Translations under genes and position numbers: made by a program | Source: Eledone cirrhosa | Lineage: Eukaryota | Direction: 5' to 3' | NCBI GenBank assembly: GCA_964016885.1 | Contig: OZ024744.1 | Location: 31,682,001-31,746,000, forward strand | Length of the DNA: 64,000 bases | Shown: piece after piece, positions 1 through 12,865 of the stretch | How positions within the stretch are numbered: position 1 is the first letter of the stretch | How the letters are laid out: every line of letters begins with the position of its first letter | The notes under the pieces: generated by a model | What the model was told of the DNA's origin: nothing | Seen by the model: the letters and a program-made list of their open reading frames with translations, nothing else | Databases searched by the model: none

Positions 1-1310
1 AAACATCTGAAGTTAGAAGGTCAGAACAATGCAGATTTGGAGATAGAATATAAATGTAAAAGATAACGCTGACAATTAGTCGTTTACCTTAACTTATTCA
101 TATATCCTGATATTTCGAGATTCGTCTGAGGAAAGTAAAGGGGTTAATCCAGTTTTCGAAGTGGGTTGCTAAGTCATGCTGACCGGAAGTAGTATAAAGT
201 TCTATTCTACTTCTTATGTCAAAGAGTGAAGGTTTGAGCAGGTCAAGTGAATAAAGAGTTGTCTCCCTTTAAAAGGATTGGACATGTATGTCTAAGTGTG
301 TGTGTGTGTGTGTGTGTGTAAGAGAATACGTAAAGGTGTAAACATGTGTGTGTGTGTGAGTGTGAGAGGATACGTGAAGATGTAAATATGAGGGCTAGAT
401 GTTCTACCATGTTAAAAATTGGGTGTTGAGTTCTAATATATTATTGATTGGTGGTTGCGTTTTGTCTATAATTAATGCTTTTTTAATTCTAAGATTGCCA
501 AGGTTTCTTTCCTTAGCTTCTATCCTAACTATTATGTTTTAGTTGATGTTTTTACATTTTCCTAGGTGTTTCTTAAATGAGGAAGCGTTAGTGTTGAGGT
601 GTTCTTTTATTCTAATGTGAAGTTGTCTGGTGGTGCTACCTACGTATAAGTCGTTGCATTTGTCGCACTCTAATCTGTAGTCGACGTATGCCTGGTGGCA
701 TAGGTCTGTGTCGTCGATGGGGAAGTTGGCTAGCCTGCAGCGGCTGTCTTGTCCGGTGGAGTGTCTCTTGGCTAGCTGTCTGCGTAGAGAAGGTCCTGAG
801 TGGGCTAGCTGGATATCTAGTCCCTCTCGTCTGATGGAAGTGCGGATGGCCGTTTTAGTTTCATCACTGAAGTGTGGGAGCTTCAAGAAGCAGGTGTTAG
901 TGCTTCGGGTGTGGTGTATTCTGTTGTTTCTGGTACGGTTCGCGGTGGACGTCGGGTATCCGTTCAGTTTAAGTACTTCCAGGAAATGTGTGGTGTGTGT
1001 GTCTCGGTCTCTTGCGTCGGTGCATTTGTTCCGGATACGTTTTAGTTCGTTCCTTATGTATCCGAACTTAGCGCTGACTGGGAGGGCCGACCTGAAATGG
1101 ACGAACAGGTCCCTGTTGGTGGCTTTTTTTATAGAAGCAGGTGTGGGTGTCGCCTTCCTCTGTTACCCTGAGTTGGAAGTCTAATAGGGATAGGGATCCA
1201 CGGTCATCGGAGTGTTCCATGCTGAACTTTATATTGGCGTCCATGCTGGAGAATGTTATTCGCTTCTTCACGGGATGATGTAAGGATGAGTATGTCATCT
1301 ACATAGGTGA
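1..1310 (-). mobile_element. Penelope-like element 3' fragment (RT C-terminus + GIY-YIG endonuclease + pLTR), frameshifted
   Basis: Minus-strand peptides IKFSMEHSDDRGSLSLLDFQL and YRLECDKCNDLYVGSTTRQLHIRIKEH; similar to the PLE at 62320-64000; bases 1-105 recur in the palindrome at 42951-43147. Confidence 0.85.
105..132 (-). ncRNA. Degenerate minimal hammerhead motif in PLE pLTR
   Basis: Minus strand tcct CAGACGA atctc GAAA ta TC agga; 4-bp stem I; U4>A core change; essentially no stem II. Confidence 0.4.
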
Positions 1311-1509
1311 AGAAGGTATAGGAATGGCGGGTGTTGAGGGCTTAATAAAGGGGGGCTGGAATAAGAGTGGGGCGGGTGGTGCGATTATTCGAGGAATCAT
1401 GAGAGTATATATTAATTGTTTATCAAACTCTCTTACAATTTCTTGTTATGTATATATATGTTGAACGTTCATTTATAAAATTGCGCCTAGTAGATAAGAG
1501 AAAAGCTCA

Positions 1510-1851
1510 TCAACCATCAACATCACCATCACCATTATTACCAACATCACCATCACCATCAGCATTATAACCAACATCACCATCACCATCACCATTATTA
1601 CCAACATTACCATCACCATCAGCATTATAACCAACATCACCATCACTATTATAACCAACATCACCATCACCATTATAACCATCATCACCCTCATCACCAT
1701 CATCACCATTATAACCATCATCACCATCATCAACATCATTATCATCATCACCATCATCACCATCATCACCGTCATCACTATCATCATAATTATCATCATC
1801 ATTCCCGACATCACCATCATCGGCATCATCACCATTATCAACATCACCATC
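1510..1851. repeat. Degenerate (CAT/CAC)n trinucleotide repeat
   Basis: catcaccatcaccattat arrays. Confidence 0.9.
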
Positions 1852-2018
1852 AGGGACTACAGATCAAATTCCTCCTATCTATCGCAACACTTTATTCATT
1901 ATAGGTCTAACGCGACATATAGAGAAAAAAACAACTAACAAAACAGGGGACACGTAACTTGGTCTTTTATTATATATATATACATGTGTGTCCGTGTATG
2001 TATATATATATATATATA

Positions 2019-2280
2019 GAATTCTATAAGAACCAAACATCCATGATTTCAGCAAACAGGGGGAGTAGTTGGCTTTGATAAGCATCAATAAAGGCGAAAC
2101 AAGGCCTTGTCGGCTTTATCTCCCTCTGTTTGCTGAAAATTAAAGTAAGTGAATCTGTCACTACTCTAAAACAATAGCATAAGGTCTTCGAAATGCTTTT
2201 AATTAAGCATACAGTGTATTGCAAAATACACTATATATACATTCATATATATATAGCTATTTCAGAGCACCAATTCTAAT
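2019..2280 (+). mobile_element. Retrozyme-like non-autonomous element (family R1), partial monomer between (TA)n tracts
   Basis: Closely similar to 13041-13315; contains a hammerhead; no ORF. Confidence 0.75.
2047..2139 (+). ncRNA. Type I hammerhead ribozyme, U3-A8 core variant
   Basis: ggct TTGATAA gc..gc GAAA caaggccttg TC ggct; palindromic stem III; stem I extended by tttcagcaaacagggggag/ctccctctgtttgctgaaa. Confidence 0.8.
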
Positions 2281-2434
2281 ATATATATGTGTGTGTGTAT
2301 GTGTGTACATGAATTTCTGATCGCTGACAGACGAAGTGAGACTAACTTCATTCGAAAAATTCGGAGTACCTAGCAAGTTACACCCTAGTTTGCCATGTAT
2401 ATAATATAGTACATACATACACATACACGCATGA

Positions 2435-2565
<131 letters not shown>

Positions 2566-3678
2566 GATTCAGTAGATTTGTGGTTTACTGAGGAAGGTAC
2601 CATTATTGGCACTGTGTGCTAAAGCACCAAAAATACACTGGGATAATTGCTGGCCTTTTGCCCAAAGTAGAAACAATTATCATCACTATCATCATCGTTT
2701 TAAGGCCTGCTTTCCCTACTAGCAAGGGTTGGGCGGGTCGACATAGACCATGTATTGAAGCGGTGGCAATTGATCTTCCAGACAAGCCAGGGATCTCTAG
2801 TCTCAGTTATGTACGGCCTCATGTTCTACCAAGTGCATAGGTGAAGTTGTACTGTCTTTGATACTAGTGAATGTCCTCCCAACCCTTTGTTTGGCTTTCT
2901 ACGGCTGCAAGCACTTCCTATCCCCTACAACGTTACAGCTTGTACTGAGTGTGTTTATCATGTAGATCAATAATACTAGTGAGGCTCTCATGGTTTGGCG
3001 TGACTGAAGGGTCCCTTTAACCTTTCATTTGGCAAGCGTTCCACGGTTCGATGCCCTTTCTATCACTAACCACTTCACAAGGGGAAGCAGCTAGGAAACG
3101 TGTATGGGGAGGGGGCATGGTGTGTGTGTGTTGAAGGGGTGTAGTGGTATTAAGGATAGCTGTTAGTGAGCTGTGGTGGAAGCGGGAGGTCCAGGCCACT
3201 TTGTACGTTGCAGGTCAAGTCTTCTTCAGCACCGCAAAGCTGCGCTGAAGAAGACTCGACTTACAACATTAATATCTACATAGAAATTTGAGCGACTTCA
3301 GGAAACAGCTTCTGACATTCACTACATATTTGTGTGAGTGTATCCACATGTGTGTGTGAGTGTAGGTGTATGTGTGTGTTTGTCTCAATGTATGTGTGTT
3401 TGTGTGAATATATGTCTGTCAGTGTGTATTTTGTAAGTGTGTCTGTGTTTACGCGTTTATAAAAATATACTCATACATGCGTCAGCGTGTTGAACAAAAT
3501 TCTAGAATCAGAAAATTCTCAACATCCAGTTAACCAAGAACTCGGATGAATCCACAGCAGGAGGCGAAACATAAATAAGAGTGACAGCAACAAACTTCCT
3601 ATTGGATCAATGACAGACTAAAGAAGACTAGCTATAAAACGACTAGCGTCAATGTCTGTGTCCCTGCATGGCCTCAGT

Positions 3679-4010
<332 letters not shown>

Positions 4011-4016
4011 TATATA

Positions 4017-4900
4017 CTAGCCGAATTACCCGCGCCTTGTTGCGTTTCACACATTTTTTTTTGCAAGAAAATGTTTGATTTTAAATCAGTGATATAATTT
4101 ATGGAGAAGAACTCTGCATTTCAATATTACTCAATGTAAAATGTAATGCATGAAAAATTGGAAAATATTATTTTTTGTAATATAGTCATTCTGAGTTCAA
4201 ATCCCACCGAGGTTAACTTTGCCTTTCATCCTTACGGGGTCTATAAAATAAAGTACCAGTAATGCACTGGGTAAATGCTGGCCTTGTGCCAAAAGTAGAA
4301 ACAATTATTTTTTGTAATATATCAAATCAAAATTACATTATTAAATCTTATTCTTATTTTGTTTCTTGTAAATAATTTTTTTCAAAATATCAATTCAAAA
4401 CTTTTGTGAATAGGCATCATAACTTGTGATTTACCTATGGGTTAAATTTCATATAAATCGAAGGGAAAAAATTTGCAGCGGGGGTTTGTGCCTCCGGGGA
4501 ACCCTAATGTGGGGGTTAACTCCCATTAGGGTGTCTTAATATTATTGAAATTTGCTGAAATTTTGTGAATAGGCATCATATCTTGTGATTTACCTATGGT
4601 TTAAATTTCATATGAATCGAAGGGAAACTATTTTTAGCAGGGGTTTTGTGCCCCCGAGGAACCCATTGATTAAAATGGAATATACTTATCCAAGTACCCA
4701 GGGCAATGTAGTTTCAGAATATATGTGGTTATAACCATAGGAGTAGTTCGTGAAAATCAGTAATTTTTCTAGGTTGTCTCCGTTGATTTTTTTCCAAACC
4801 AGAATTAGTCGTTTAGTTTACATATTGAGACTCCAACCCATCCTATTTATTTTATAACTTATGGGATTTCTAGTAATGTATGTTTTGGGCCATATGTTAT
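4017..4900 (-). mobile_element. Probable non-autonomous Helitron (3' end at 4017) with internal direct repeats
   Basis: Minus strand ends gcgcgggtaattcggCTAG/T into (TA)n; ~110-bp repeats near 4400 and 4560; left extent uncertain. Confidence 0.5.
4187..4308 (+). mobile_element. tRNA-derived SINE (main family), 5'-truncated
   Basis: gagttcaaatcc (B-box-like) followed by gaggttaactttgcctttcatccttacggggtc..gtaccag..gtagaaacaattatt. Confidence 0.85.
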
Positions 4901-5496
4901 GTTTTTTAATGTATCTATATATAAATTTGAACGACATTCGTCCGTCCGTCACACAAAGTGTGTGTGTGTTTGTGTGAATTTATGTGTGTATAAAAGGAAG
5001 GAAAGGGATGGTGAAAAAAGCTATAGCAAAATAGCTGCTGGCGTTCGATTTCCTCTGCTATGTGTGGGTGTATGTATATATGTGTGTTTGTGTAAACGTA
5101 TGTGTGTGTGTCTTTGTATGAATGTATGTGTGTATGTGTGAATGTATATATGTGAGTGTGTATGTTTGTAAGTGTGTCTGTGTTTATATGTATATATTCA
5201 TACATATAAATATATACATAAACACATACACACACGGACACACATATATACATACACACACGGACACACATATACACATACGCGTCAGCGTGTTGAAAAT
5301 AATCCTAGTCAAGACAAATTTCGCCGGAGATAGATTAGTAAAATTTCATAAACAGGGACAGGGGGATCTGAAAAATTAGTAATTGGGTGGGGTGGGGGAG
5401 ATTATTCAAGACTCAAGAGTAAATGATTATCTGGCGAATATTGGTATCGAACCGACGATCCTCCACAAGAAGATGATGAAGACAACATATGCTCTA

Positions 5497-6125
5497 CCCT
5501 TCTTCTTCTTCTTCTTCTTCTTCTTCTTCTTCTTCTTCTTCTTCTTCTTCTTCTTCTTCTTCTTCTTCTTCTTCTTCTTCTTCTTCTTCTTCCTGAGTCG
5601 TCGGGGCAGACTCCTCAAACACGCCCTCTAGCGGATCCTGTCAGAAGCAACTGTCTCTAACTAATCTTGTTGGATACCCAAGCGTGACCAGCCAAGCTCA
5701 TGGATGCTATCCAACCATCTTGCTCAGAATCTACCTCTGGGTCTCCTGCCAGTTGGTTTTGACCATAAAATATGTCCAGCAATTCTTTACTGAGACATTC
5801 TAACCACATGTCCACAGTATCAGAGCTGTGATCTCTCAATTCAGAGAAGTAGCGGCTCTACCTGGAGTAACTCTCTGATCTCAGAGCTATGCACTTTATC
5901 GAGTAACGTTACTCCAAAGACCTTTCGGAGGAACCACATTTCGGCCGCTTGTATTCCCAACAGTATTCTTTCGGTCATTATCCAAGATTTATGACTATAG
6001 GCAAGGATTGGCAAGAAAACCGAATTGAAGATAGCGAGTTTGGCCTTTACACCTACCTCCCTTCAGCTCGGTGAATGCTGAAGCTGGCACATTAATGCAT
6101 CAGCTCTTGCAATGCTCTACCCACT
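5497..6125 (-). mobile_element. RTE-type LINE 3' fragment with (GAA)n tail
   Basis: Minus-strand translation AKLAIFNSVFLPILAYSHKSW..IQAAEMWFLRKVFGVTLLDKV; (CTT)n at 5500-5592 is the tail. Confidence 0.75.
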
Positions 6126-6312
6126 TAAGTAAATGGCCTGCTTGACTAGTCGAGGATGTGGACGGAGGTGTATATTTGTTGGCTATGCTTTGGTTTGCTT
6201 TATTCAATGTGTTAATTTGCTTTCTCCATGCTTTGCTATGCATTGCTTTACACTAGACTCTTCCATGTTACGCTCTACTATGCTATGCTTTGCTAACGTC
6301 ATTTCGTTTGTT

Positions 6313-6345
<33 letters not shown>

Positions 6346-6351
6346 GTGTAT

Positions 6352-6435
<84 letters not shown>

Positions 6436-6685
6436 TTATACATATATACGTATGTTTGTATATACGTATGTATGCATGTATGTATATATGTATGTGTGTG
6501 TGTATGTATGTATATATATATATAAATATGTATACATTATATATGTATACATATATATATATACATACGTGTATGTATATATATATATAGGTATATATAT
6601 ATAGGTATATATATATATATATATACATACGCATATATATATATATACGCATATATATATATACATATACCTATATATATATATA

Positions 6686-6771
<86 letters not shown>

Positions 6772-6825
6772 CATATATATAGCCGTCGAAACGGCTTAAG
6801 CTCTGCCGTCGGTGTCATACTTTTT

Positions 6826-6860
<35 letters not shown>

Positions 6861-6900
6861 GTACACACACACACACACACACATAAATATCTCTCTCTTC

Positions 6901-7008
<108 letters not shown>

Positions 7009-7009
7009 A

Positions 7010-7040
<31 letters not shown>

Positions 7041-7315
7041 AAAACAACCGTGGGAAAATGTTTTTACTTGCTACGCATCCCTGAGTAATAAATGACCACT
7101 TCATGGCAATTACTGCACCTTGTTCGACAACAACCAACAATATTGGCTTCACGGTTGGCTAAATCAGCCAAGTCACTTGAGGGAATCCTCCTCCTCCTCC
7201 TCACTCTATCCACCCCACTCCCATCGCCACTTCCCACTCACTGCACCTGTTGAAATACACCTGTTCCGCAATTTTTCAAATAGATTTTTTTGTCTGTTGC
7301 TTATTATTACTTTTC

Positions 7316-7505
7316 GGTGGATTGGCAGTATCGGTAGAGGGCCGGACGCCATGTTTTGCCGCATAGAGTTACGGCCCTTTATGGTCTGAGTTCAAATCCC
7401 CGCCGAGGTTAACTTTGCCTTTCATCCTCACGGGGTCGATAAAGTAAAGTACCAGTAATGCACTGAGTAATTGCTGGCCTTGTGCCTAAAGTAGAAACAA
7501 TTATT
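7316..7505 (+). mobile_element. tRNA-derived SINE (main family), near full length
   Basis: ggtggattggcagtatcggtagag..gttcaaatcc..gcctttcatcct..gtagaaacaattatt. Confidence 0.9.
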
Positions 7506-7511
7506 ACTTTT

Positions 7512-7907
7512 CCTGCTGCTGCTGTTGTTGTTGCTACTGTTGTTGATGTTGTTGTGGTTGTTGTTGTGGTTGTTGTTGCTCTTGTTGCTGCTGCTATTGT
7601 TGTTGTTGTTGTTATTGTTGTTGTGGTTGTTGTTGCTCTTGTTGCTGCTGCTATTGTTGTAGTTGTTGTTGTTGTTGTAGTTGTTGTTGCTGTTGTTGTT
7701 GTTGTTGTTGTTGTTGTTGCTGCTGCTACTGAAGCTGTTGTTGTTGTAGTAGTAGTAGTAGTTGTTGTTGTTGCTGCTGCTGCTACTGAAGCTGCTGTTG
7801 CTGTTCTGCCACTCCTGCTGCTGATAGTCTTCTTTTACTTGGTCTTGCTACTGTCATTGTTAATATTTATCGTGATGTTTGTTGTTGCTTATTAATGCTG
7901 CTGCTGC

Positions 7908-7940
<33 letters not shown>

Positions 7941-8027
7941 TACCAACACCACCACCACCACCACCACCACTACTACTGCTACTACTACTACTACTACTAC
8001 TACTAACACTACTACTACTACTACTAT

Positions 8028-8075
<48 letters not shown>

Positions 8076-8110
8076 CAAAAGTAATATCACTACTAGTATT
8101 ATAACCACTA
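7512..8110. repeat. Compound (GTT/GCT)n and (TAC/CAC)n microsatellites
   Basis: Direct inspection. Confidence 0.9.
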
Positions 8111-8114
8111 CTGA

Positions 8115-9072
8115 TTTCATTTATTAGCCACAAGGGCCGACATGTAGGGAACAATACTTTACAGGGACAGTAGGGGTTTACAATAAGGTCGAGTAAAAGT
8201 GCACAATGGCAAGACTAATTTAACAATGAAGATATAAAAATATAAAATAAACTATGCATAAATATAACAAAATAAATACCCTTATAGGGGGTGGACGACC
8301 TAGGGGTGACTCAGGACCCCACCAATCCTGAACCACTCTGCGCTTCTAGTGCACCCAGGGAGAGTACCCCTCTCCTCAAGTTAGCTAGCCTATAGGCACA
8401 TGGTCAGAGTAGGCCCATTCACACGAGCCATTCTCGCCACATTCACCCACCTTTTAGCAAATGTACAGGAGGACAGCACTTCTCTCTCCACCCTCACCTT
8501 CCTTTCCAGGTGAAACTTGAAGAAGTTGATGAGGGATTGGCCGAAGAGAAAAGTGTCTGTCTTCAGTCCTTTTAACATGGTCCACTATATAACCTCTTTC
8601 GCAACTGCCACCAGACAGAGGAAAATATCCTGCTCTTCCTGACCTAAGGAAGGCGGTGGGTCGATCTTCACTATGGACTCGGCCGATAGCGGGATTCGTT
8701 CCACACGCGACAGTAGCTGTTCGACATAACTCCACAAGTCAGTAATGCACGGACATTGGACAAGTGCGTGCAGAACGGTTTCGTCGTTCTGTGCGCATCT
8801 TGGGCAGGTCCGTCTGACAGCACTTCCGTGCCTGTAGAGTTTATCCCGAACCGGCAGTGCCCCCGGTAGCACTGCCAAGCGAGGGATTTTTGGAAATTAT
8901 CCATCGTCCCCGGCTCGAAAGTCCTCCGGTACAGACTGGTCAGTTCGACTTCGTCGAGGCCCAAAGCCTCTCCGAGTGCATCGTCGCACTTGCCCACCAC
9001 TAATCCTCTATAGAACTCGAGAGTGGAAGTTCCACTGACCACATTGCCCGCCTGGTAGAGGGCAGTGAGTGC
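8115..9072 (-). mobile_element. L1/Tx1-clade LINE 3' fragment (zf-RVT region + 3' UTR)
   Basis: Minus peptides LPVRDKLYRHG..TCPRCAQNDETVLHALVQCPCITDLWSYV; AATAAA near the 3' end; flanked by trinucleotide repeats. Confidence 0.75.
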
Positions 9073-9111
9073 CTAAATAATAATAACTACAACTACTACT
9101 ACTACAACAAT

Positions 9112-9147
<36 letters not shown>

Positions 9148-9152
9148 AATAA

Positions 9153-9895
9153 TAATTGTTTCTACTTTTGGCACAAGGCCAGCATATATCCCAGTGCATT
9201 ACTGGTACTTTATTTATCGACCTCCATAAGGATGTAAGGCAAAGTTAACCTCTACCCATATTGGCAATCCAGTAATAATAATGGTTTCTTATATAGGCAC
9301 AAGGCCAGTAATTTGGGGAGAGGGGGAAGTCGATTAAATCGACCCCAGTACATTACTGGTACTATATTTTATCCACCTCTGTAATGATGAAAAGCAAAGC
9401 TAACCTCGGCAGGATTTGAACTCAGAACGTAAAGGGACGTAACTCTAATCTGCAAAGCATGGCGTCTGACGCTCTACCGATTGTGGCAATCCAATGATAA
9501 TAATATAAGTAATGACAACAATATATGCTAATAATATAGATATATAACTGGTGATGTGTGCTGTAGCATGTCATTATTTCGCCATGCTTTGACGCATAGA
9601 GTTACGCCCCTTGCCATTCTGAGTTCAAATCCCGCCGAGGTTAACTTTGCCATTCATCCTTACGGGGTCGATAAAATAAAGTACCAGTAATACACTTGAT
9701 TATTGCTGGCAAAGTGTCAAAAGTAGAAACAATTATTTAGGGTCTGATGCCATGCTTTACAGCAAAGAGTTACGGCCCTGAGTTCAAATCCCACCGAGGT
9801 TAACTTTGCCTTTCATCCTTACGGGGTCGATAAAATAAAGTACCAGTAATGAACTGGATAATTGCTGGCCTTGTGCCTAAAATAGAAACAATTAT
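9153..9895. mobile_element. Cluster of four main-family SINE copies (two minus 9153-9493, two plus 9581-9895)
   Basis: Repeated SINE consensus blocks. Confidence 0.85.
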
Positions 9896-10577
9896 TTCTA
9901 TGCTTGCCTTACACTATCTTCAATTACTCATTGTGTGAGATTTTCTGTTTGTTATCAGCTTCTATGTTGTTGATCTTCGTGGTGTTTTTATTGTTTGTGT
10001 ATGGTTGAGATTTTAGTAAATACTGAACTGAAAACTCACACACACACACATACAGACACATGTACATACAAACACACACACACACACACATACACACATA
10101 CACACAGACACATACAGACACACACACACACACACATACACACATACACAAACACACATACACACACATGTACATACAAACATAAACACACACACACACA
10201 CACGTACAGACACACACATACACACATACACACACACATACACACACACATAAACACACACATACCGACACATGTACTTACACACACACACAGACACATA
10301 CAGACACACACACATACACACATACAGACACACATACAAACTTACATACACACACATACATACACACACATACATACACACAAACATACACACACATACA
10401 CACACACATACACACAAACACACACACAGACACATTCACACACACACATACAGTCACTCATACACACACGTGCACACACAGATATATATATGTGTGTGTG
10501 TCTGTGTGTGCGTGCGTCTGTATTGCGTCCTGTGTGTTGTTTGTTTCATTTATTAACTAAAAAAAAAAATATATATA

Positions 10578-10613
<36 letters not shown>

Positions 10614-10758
10614 ATAATAATAATTGTTTCTACTTTTGGCACAAGGCCAGCAATTACCCAGTGTATTACTCGTACTTTATTTTATCGACCCCATAAGGAT
10701 GAAAGGCAAATTAACCTAATGTGGAGAGGAGGCACACGAGTTAGGATATATATATATA

Positions 10759-11850
10759 TATATGAAAACGGAGAAAGAGACGATTATGAGGAAGAAAAAT
10801 ATATTCTTTTCCTTTTTTTGTCTATCTCTCTCTCTTTTTTCTGGGTTAGAAAATGATTAAAGCGAAATGTTTTACTTTGTGTGAAGTGTTAAGGTATTAG
10901 TTGATTTATTGATTATTTAACAATGGCATTTATTTATCTATTTATATATTTAATTATTGTCTATTACCGGTTTCTGCATTTATATGCATTATCAAATGAT
11001 AGTGAAATGTATTAGTGTGGTGTCGCACATGTTAAACAGAAGGTGAAGAAAGAATAATGTTATATACAAACAAGGTTTAAGAAGTGAAAAGGAAAAAGAA
11101 AAAGAAAAAAATCCATGCATAATGTGGAACGTAAAAATGAATGTGGAAGAAAAGTTAATGTTATTTACAAGCACAGTCATTGAAGTTAAGCAGTTCAAAA
11201 TGTGTTAATATCGCAAGAGTGCTTAGTTGACCCATGGTTCCGTGAAGGAGGCAAATGGTGGACTGTGGTTTGATATGATTTCCCTTTTTAGAGAGTTAAT
11301 ATGCAGGGGGAAGAAATTCTTGCTGGGTGATATTTAATTTATTTAAGAAAAAGGATTAGGTAGGGTGTGAGGGAGGTAACTCTTGTAAATGTTTGATGGT
11401 TTGTTGCAGTTTTAGATTGGTCCGAATTTTAGGGCATTGAGTACTGGTTGAAATTTATTAATGAAATGTGTTTCCTTATTTCTGCGTTGGATGAAAGTAG
11501 CGTTGTCTATGAATTTGTAAATATGGAACATTTTAAAGTTTGGAAGTTGGTTGAGAGCACAATTGGCGATATGTTCACTAAATGCAATCTTTCTGTATTC
11601 CTGTATTTTAATTTGTGATTTATGGACGGTCATACGTTGACGGAGGCTGATTTTTGTCTGTCCTATATAGTGCTCTTGACAACCTGAGCAAGTCAAAACA
11701 TAGATAAGGTTTTCAGATGCACATGTAAAGTAGTGTTTAAAATATTTCGTTTTAATCATTTTCTAACCCAGAAAAAAGAGAGAAACAAAAAAAGGAAAAG
11801 AATATATTTTTCTTCCTCATAATCGTCTCTTTCTCCCTGTTTTCATATAT
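10759..11850 (-). mobile_element. PLE 3' fragment (GIY-YIG) bounded by an inverted pLTR copy
   Basis: ORF 11412-11759 NLIYVLTCSGCQEHYIGQTKISLRQRMTVH; 10759-10868 is the inverse of 11744-11850. Confidence 0.85.
10960..10999 (-). ncRNA. Minimal hammerhead, U3-A8 core variant, in PLE 3' region
   Basis: Minus strand cat TTGATAA tgcat ataa atgca GAAA ccgg TA atag; 5-bp stem II; palindromic stem III; weak stem I. Confidence 0.65.
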
Positions 11851-11883
11851 ATTTGTATTTTATTATATATATATATATATATG

Positions 11884-12469
11884 TATTGTTATACTTTGGG
11901 AGGGTCATGTTGCCAATAAGAAACACACGCACCAGTTGCTTTCACTTCAATTTATTATTATAATAAATTTATAATAAATTTATAAATTTATAAATTTCTG
12001 GTTGGTTGGTTGGTTCCACAACCAGATAGTTGTTTATATATTGTCATAGTTCTTTCGTCACACACTCTGTGACCTCTTCAGTGACTGGGGATTCCTTTCT
12101 TTGTTTCTGTGCCTCTCCTTTGTTCTGTCCTACGCCATTTTGTTTCTGTGTGAAACAAAATGGCGTAGGACAGAACAAAGGAGAGGCACAGAAACAAAGA
12201 AAGGAATCCCCAGTCACTGAAGAGGTCACAGAGTGTGTGACGAAAGAACTATGACAATATATAAACAACTATCTGGTTGTGGAACCAACCAACCAACCAG
12301 AAATTTATAAATTTATAAATTTATTATAAATTTATTATAATAATAAATTGAAGTGAAAGCAACTGGTGCGTGTGTTTCTTATTGGCAACATGACCCTCCC
12401 AAAGTATAACAATATCGGTTTCAACACACGATTTCAGATAAAGAATCTTGCTAAACAAATTCAAAAACG

Positions 12470-12470
<1 letters not shown>
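11884..12470. mobile_element. Palindromic PLE pLTR insertion (263-bp arms 11884-12414, 5-nt loop)
   Basis: Arms are reverse complements about position 12149; the right arm runs into [22 protein letters not shown], homologous to the PLE ORF start at 32882. Confidence 0.92.
12213..12255 (+). ncRNA. Type I minimal hammerhead ribozyme (mirror copy on minus strand 12043-12085)
   Basis: gtca CTGAAGA g gtcaca gagtg tgtgac GAAA gaac TA tgac. Confidence 0.8.
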
Positions 12471-12532
<62 letters not shown>

Positions 12533-12642
12533 TATATATATACATATATAGAATTATATATATGTATAATTATATATGAATATATATATATTTATATATA
12601 TATACATACATATATATGTGTATATATATATATGTATATATT

Positions 12643-12675
<33 letters not shown>

Positions 12676-12676
12676 T

Positions 12677-12846
<170 letters not shown>

Positions 12847-12865
12847 TATATATATAAATATATAT

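Noticed and set aside
7316-7410. tRNA gene
   Set aside because: A/B-box-like motifs belong to a multicopy SINE head; no cloverleaf
7482-7895. Val/Ala-rich membrane protein ORF (also the Thr-rich ORF at 59070-59420)
   Set aside because: Trinucleotide microsatellite translation beginning inside a SINE tail or repeat
12030-12268. Two near-identical 74-aa ORFs on opposite strands
   Set aside because: A trivial consequence of the palindrome
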